From: an uncultured virus (IMG/VR IMGVR_UViG_3300045978_000081)
Taxonomy: Duplodnaviria > Heunggongvirae > Uroviricota > Caudoviricetes
Reading direction: 5' to 3' (one strand)
DNA length: 20,000 bases
IMG/VR virus record: IMGVR_UViG_3300045978_000081
A model generated the notes under the pieces. The model was given only the letters and a program-made list of their open reading frames with translations. It was not told the origin of the DNA and did no database searches. Below are positions 16,967 to 20,000 of the stretch, in pieces (position 1 is the first letter of the stretch; every line of letters starts with the position of its first letter). The position numbers and the translations under genes were made by a program.

Positions 16967-17220
16967 GACTTTAGTCTCTGTTGATAAGAACGCATAACTG
17001 CACGACAATTATCGCAGCGCGCATACGAGCCAGATACTTTAGCAATGGTGCATTGCACGCATAACTTAGCTCGTTTTAATTGCTTGTAACGTTTACGCTG
17101 ATAAATTCGGTTATCCATTACGCAACGTTCGCACTTTCGATTTGAGAACAGCGATTTTCTACCACAATTAGCGCAGCGTTTCTGCCGTATATAAATAGCA
17201 CGTTCGGCTGCTCTAGCCAT
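16936..17220 (-). CDS. Basic Cys-rich protein with four CxxC pairs, putative zinc-binding
   Basis: CANC, CERC, CVQC, CDNC; Arg/Lys-rich. Confidence 0.6.
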   Translation of the reverse strand: MARAAERAIYIRQKRCANCGRKSLFSNRKCERCVMDNRIYQRKRYKQLKRAKLCVQCTIAKVSGSYARCDNCRAVMRSYQQRLKSCSQNEHVDG

Positions 17221-17222
17221 AG

Positions 17223-18614
17223 TTAGTTTACCTTACTGCAGATCATAGTAATTACACCTTTAGCGCCTAATTCGCCTGCACAATTAAGAATTAAATCTCC
17301 AGATGGTGGCGGTTCTGGTAAAGGTGTAGTACCAAAAACATATGCGCCTAAATCAGGTGGCTGCGTGTAGGGCTGTCCTTGTACGTCACTTTCTACAGCA
17401 ACAGTTATTCCAGCTCGTATCGCTGGCGAATTTGATTTAAGTGTCAAATCTCCACTTGCAGAGTCGGTGTATATATTCTCTACAGGTGCAATTAGCGTAA
17501 TACCAGTGTTACCACTTTTATCTGACATGTTGTGGTGATTTTTATCCGGGTTTGGTGATACGCCTGCAGAATTGCCCAGCGATAAATAAGCATTTTTTTG
17601 TTCAGTAATCAGATTATTTACTACTGTAAATCCACTGCCATCTCCTGAAGTTGTCCAGATACCAGTAGGATCATCGTTCCATCCAGCTTCTTTCCATCCG
17701 TGAATTGTATTGTTAGCAATTAATCCGGAACCTGATAGTGTAATTCCTGAACCGTTGTGTTCAAGTAGGTTTGATGCTACTGTACAATCTGATCCTGCAC
17801 AGCGGATACCAACACTGCTATTGTGACGTACTATATTACGCTCTATCTTTATTCGCGAAATTCCTCCGCCCTCACACGATACGTGAATGCCATAGTAAGA
17901 GCAATATTCTACGCGATTATCACTAATAATTTGATCCGTACCGCACACGTACATTCCGTGCGGACAGCCACTTGGCGTAGGCTTATTGTCGCTATGGGGG
18001 CATTCTTTAAGTCCAGTGTGGTGAATATAGTTATGCGTAATAGTTAAGTATTTACTAGTACTGCCGCCCTTAATTTGACCATCGGCTAATTCATTTCGCG
18101 TTATAGTAACGTGCTGTGCATTGCCGATGTATACACCACCAACAGAACCAGCATTACTATGACGTACTATTCTCAAACCCTCGACGTGAATAAACCTCGC
18201 GTAATCTAGTAACGTAATTGCCGAACCACCACCAGGAAATTGTTTACCTGCTGGTGAAAGAACAGCATTTCCAGCCGCAATTAACTTAGTAGGCTGATCC
18301 GGATCTATACCATTAACTATTGGATAACAGGGTTGTTGCACAGCAGAATCACCACTAGAGCAGGCACGGCTATTAGATTGCTGCGAGATTAGCAATTCGT
18401 TGTACGTACCCGGGCCGATAATTAGCGTATCTCCAGAAGATAAGCATTGTAAGCCAGCATTAATTGAAGCACGTGATGTAGCTGGATTTTTCGCTTGCTC
18501 GCATGTATGACTATCATTACCTCGTGGTTTACGTGTTGCCTGTTGACTTACGTAATACGTTTCGTAGGCATATACTTCTGCTGATAAAAACAGTAGTAGT
18601 ATAATGCTTATCAT
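17223..18614 (-). CDS. Right-handed parallel beta-helix (pectate-lyase-like) protein with predicted signal peptide
   Basis: MISIILLLFLSAEVYA leader; YYVS..GND, GDTLIIGPGTYNE; repeated I.NN/I.RN strands; LKSNSPAIRAG..PDLGAY. Confidence 0.85.
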   Translation of the reverse strand: MISIILLLFLSAEVYAYETYYVSQQATRKPRGNDSHTCEQAKNPATSRASINAGLQCLSSGDTLIIGPGTYNELLISQQSNSRACSSGDSAVQQPCYPIVNGIDPDQPTKLIAAGNAVLSPAGKQFPGGGSAITLLDYARFIHVEGLRIVRHSNAGSVGGVYIGNAQHVTITRNELADGQIKGGSTSKYLTITHNYIHHTGLKECPHSDNKPTPSGCPHGMYVCGTDQIISDNRVEYCSYYGIHVSCEGGGISRIKIERNIVRHNSSVGIRCAGSDCTVASNLLEHNGSGITLSGSGLIANNTIHGWKEAGWNDDPTGIWTTSGDGSGFTVVNNLITEQKNAYLSLGNSAGVSPNPDKNHHNMSDKSGNTGITLIAPVENIYTDSASGDLTLKSNSPAIRAGITVAVESDVQGQPYTQPPDLGAYVFGTTPLPEPPPSGDLILNCAGELGAKGVITMICSKVN

Positions 18615-19474
18615 ACGCGCGCTCCCTCAAGCACTTTAATACGTGCCGACAATTCTTGTAGTGCACCTACAAGCCACGGTACGAGTTTACTAAAATCAAC
18701 TTGCTGTGGCTTGATACTGCCATCCTCATTGAGCGCATCAGGTTCGCCTGTAACAGCTTCTGGAACAACTTGCTGTAATTCATGCGCGGCAAATCCATGC
18801 CCTTCTTCACCGGTAGATTTCCATAAAAAGCGAATTGGATTGAGCGATATTATACGCTCCAGGGCGCCGGTGAGTGGGGCGATGTCGGATTTGAGGCGGG
18901 CATCACTGGAGGTGGCGTAGGTGGTGCTCGTGGCATTGGCGATAATGTAACCTACTACTGCCGCAGCGGTATTGCGAAAGACAATGGACGAGTTGCCAGA
19001 CGTGTCGTCGCCGTAATTCTGAATTATCAAGCCATGACTGGTAGGCTTGTCAAACAGCATAAATACCTTCGCATTATTGCTGACATCTGTGGTGCCAAGC
19101 ACAATGTTTCCCTGGATATAGTTTGCGGCGCTGCCCTGCATAAAGAGTTGCCAGCGACCGCTGCCCACCGAGAGATTCGAGTTAAACGCCGTCAGCGGAC
19201 TACCTGCCGTATCGCTGACAGTATGCTGCCGCGCGTTCACGTTTTGCTGGCCGGTGATGTCCCCGCTGGCGATGAGCGTATTCAACGTCGCACTCCCCCC
19301 CGTAATCGCCACCGCATTCGCATGCTGCTCGGCCATAGTGCCCAAGCCTAAATTATTACGTGCTGTCGCAGCTGTCGTTGCGCCAGTACCACCACCACTA
19401 ATACTCAGCGGCATACTTTGCCCGTTCCACAACGTCGCATTGAGCACACTTGTTGGATATACGTCAACAGCCAT
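18611..19474 (-). CDS. Tail fibre/spike protein with C-terminal peptidase S74 intramolecular chaperone (287 aa)
   Basis: Start reassigned to MAVDV (AGGAG RBS); GGTGATTAATARNNLGLG; SDARLKSDI..GFAAHELQQVVPEAV..VDFSKLVPWLVGALQEL. Confidence 0.9.
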   Translation of the reverse strand: MAVDVYPTSVLNATLWNGQSMPLSISGGGTGATTAATARNNLGLGTMAEQHANAVAITGGSATLNTLIASGDITGQQNVNARQHTVSDTAGSPLTAFNSNLSVGSGRWQLFMQGSAANYIQGNIVLGTTDVSNNAKVFMLFDKPTSHGLIIQNYGDDTSGNSSIVFRNTAAAVVGYIIANATSTTYATSSDARLKSDIAPLTGALERIISLNPIRFLWKSTGEEGHGFAAHELQQVVPEAVTGEPDALNEDGSIKPQQVDFSKLVPWLVGALQELSARIKVLEGARV

Positions 19475-19640
19475 CTTTGCACTCCTGCTGCACTTTCTTG
19501 AGTGCGGTAATTCCACCATCAATTCTGTGCAGCGTGATTTCGAGATACGCAACACGCTCACGTAAACGCAGCAATTCATTTTCACCAGCAGTAAATTCGT
19601 CCTGGAGACGGCTAATTTCTTGTGTAATTAATTCAAGCAT
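19464..19640 (-). CDS. Small coiled-coil protein (58 aa, not in the ORF track), possible fibre assembly factor
   Basis: Hand-translated MLELITQEISRLQDEFTAGENELLRLRERVAYLEITLHRIDGGITALKKVQQECKDGC; GAGGA RBS; overlaps both neighbours. Confidence 0.75.
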   Translation of the reverse strand: MLELITQEISRLQDEFTAGENELLRLRERVAYLEITLHRIDGGITALKKVQQECKDGC

Positions 19641-20000
19641 GCTGGAGTTCCTCTATCATCGTGAGCATTTCTTGCATGCTAGCAATAACGTAAGGCAGCA
19701 GTTTTGAGCTATCCATTTGTTGCGGCATGATATTACCGCTTTCGTCTACAGCATCAGGTTCACCAGTGATGGCTTCGGGAACCAGGTGCTGAATCTCGTT
19801 AGCAACAAATCCCACGCCGCGTGAGTTATCACTACGCCAGCGCCAAGTACGCGCTGGAATCTGGCGCAGCACGTCCAGGGCGCCGGTGATGGGGGTAATG
19901 GCGGTTTTGAGGCGAATATCGCTGGAGGTGCTGTACGCGGTCGCTGTGGCAGTCGTACTGATGGAGCCCACTTCCGCTCCAGAGGCATTGGTGAAAAACA
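19633..20000 (-). CDS. Tail fibre with peptidase S74 chaperone, C-terminal part (5' end outside the window)
   Basis: Frame open to the window edge (FFTNASGAEVGSIS..); SDIRLKTAI..GFVANEIQHLVPEAI..MDSSKLLPYVIASMQEM. Confidence 0.88.
   Translation of the reverse strand, partial: FFTNASGAEVGSISTTATATAYSTSSDIRLKTAITPITGALDVLRQIPARTWRWRSDNSRGVGFVANEIQHLVPEAITGEPDAVDESGNIMPQQMDSSKLLPYVIASMQEMLTMIEELQHA

Larger units (their letters stand above)
1..20000. mobile_element. Bacteriophage (or prophage) genome segment: replication arm (+) converging on virion/tail arm (-)
   Basis: Phage-type PolA, HNH endonucleases, ParB-MTase, S74-chaperone tail fibres, abutting or overlapping genes, no host housekeeping genes. 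Termini and att sites are not in the window. Confidence 0.95.

Noticed and set aside
19295..19301. C7 run as a phase-variation tract in the tail fibre
   Set aside because: Short, explained by Thr-Gly-Gly codons, and the frame is intact.
19475..19585. N-terminal extension of the 324-aa tail fibre ORF
   Set aside because: Overlaps a better 58-aa ORF (19464-19640); ATG 19474 has an AGGAG RBS.
18857..19945. Diversity-generating retroelement TR/VR pair in the tail-fibre repeats
   Set aside because: Mismatches are not adenine-specific, both copies are coding paralogues, and no reverse transcriptase is in the window.

Overview
This window is a segment of a dsDNA tailed-phage genome, probably podovirus-like, with two convergent, tightly packed arms. 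The + strand (1-7801) is a replication module: partial AAA_24/Sak4-like ATPase, HNH endonuclease, DUF669-like SSB, small proteins, a ParB-HTH-DNA methyltransferase fusion, a uracil-DNA-glycosylase-like/family A polymerase fusion, a second HNH and a DUF3987-type ATPase. No primase is visible. The - strand (8015-20000) is a virion module: two S74-chaperone tail fibres, a signal-peptide beta-helix protein, a possible holin, BppU-like proteins and putative ejection proteins, including one of 1845 aa. Main observations: (1) All four long intergenic spacers hold a diverged ~210-240 nt element: a GGTT-N7-AACC palindrome plus a long imperfect hairpin. In three copies the -35 hexamer is base-paired, the -10 is in a bubble, and GCGNAGC tips and GNA/GNA loops occur, like ssDNA promoters or single-strand priming origins. 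(2) A C CCU UUC slippery site plus hairpin predicts a -1 frameshift fusing two virion ORFs. (3) The first HNH is flanked by a synonymously recoded duplicate of the N-terminus of the gene it interrupts. (4) The polymerase has His at the E. coli Pol I F762 position. All family calls are by-eye motif recognition; no searches or folding programs were run.
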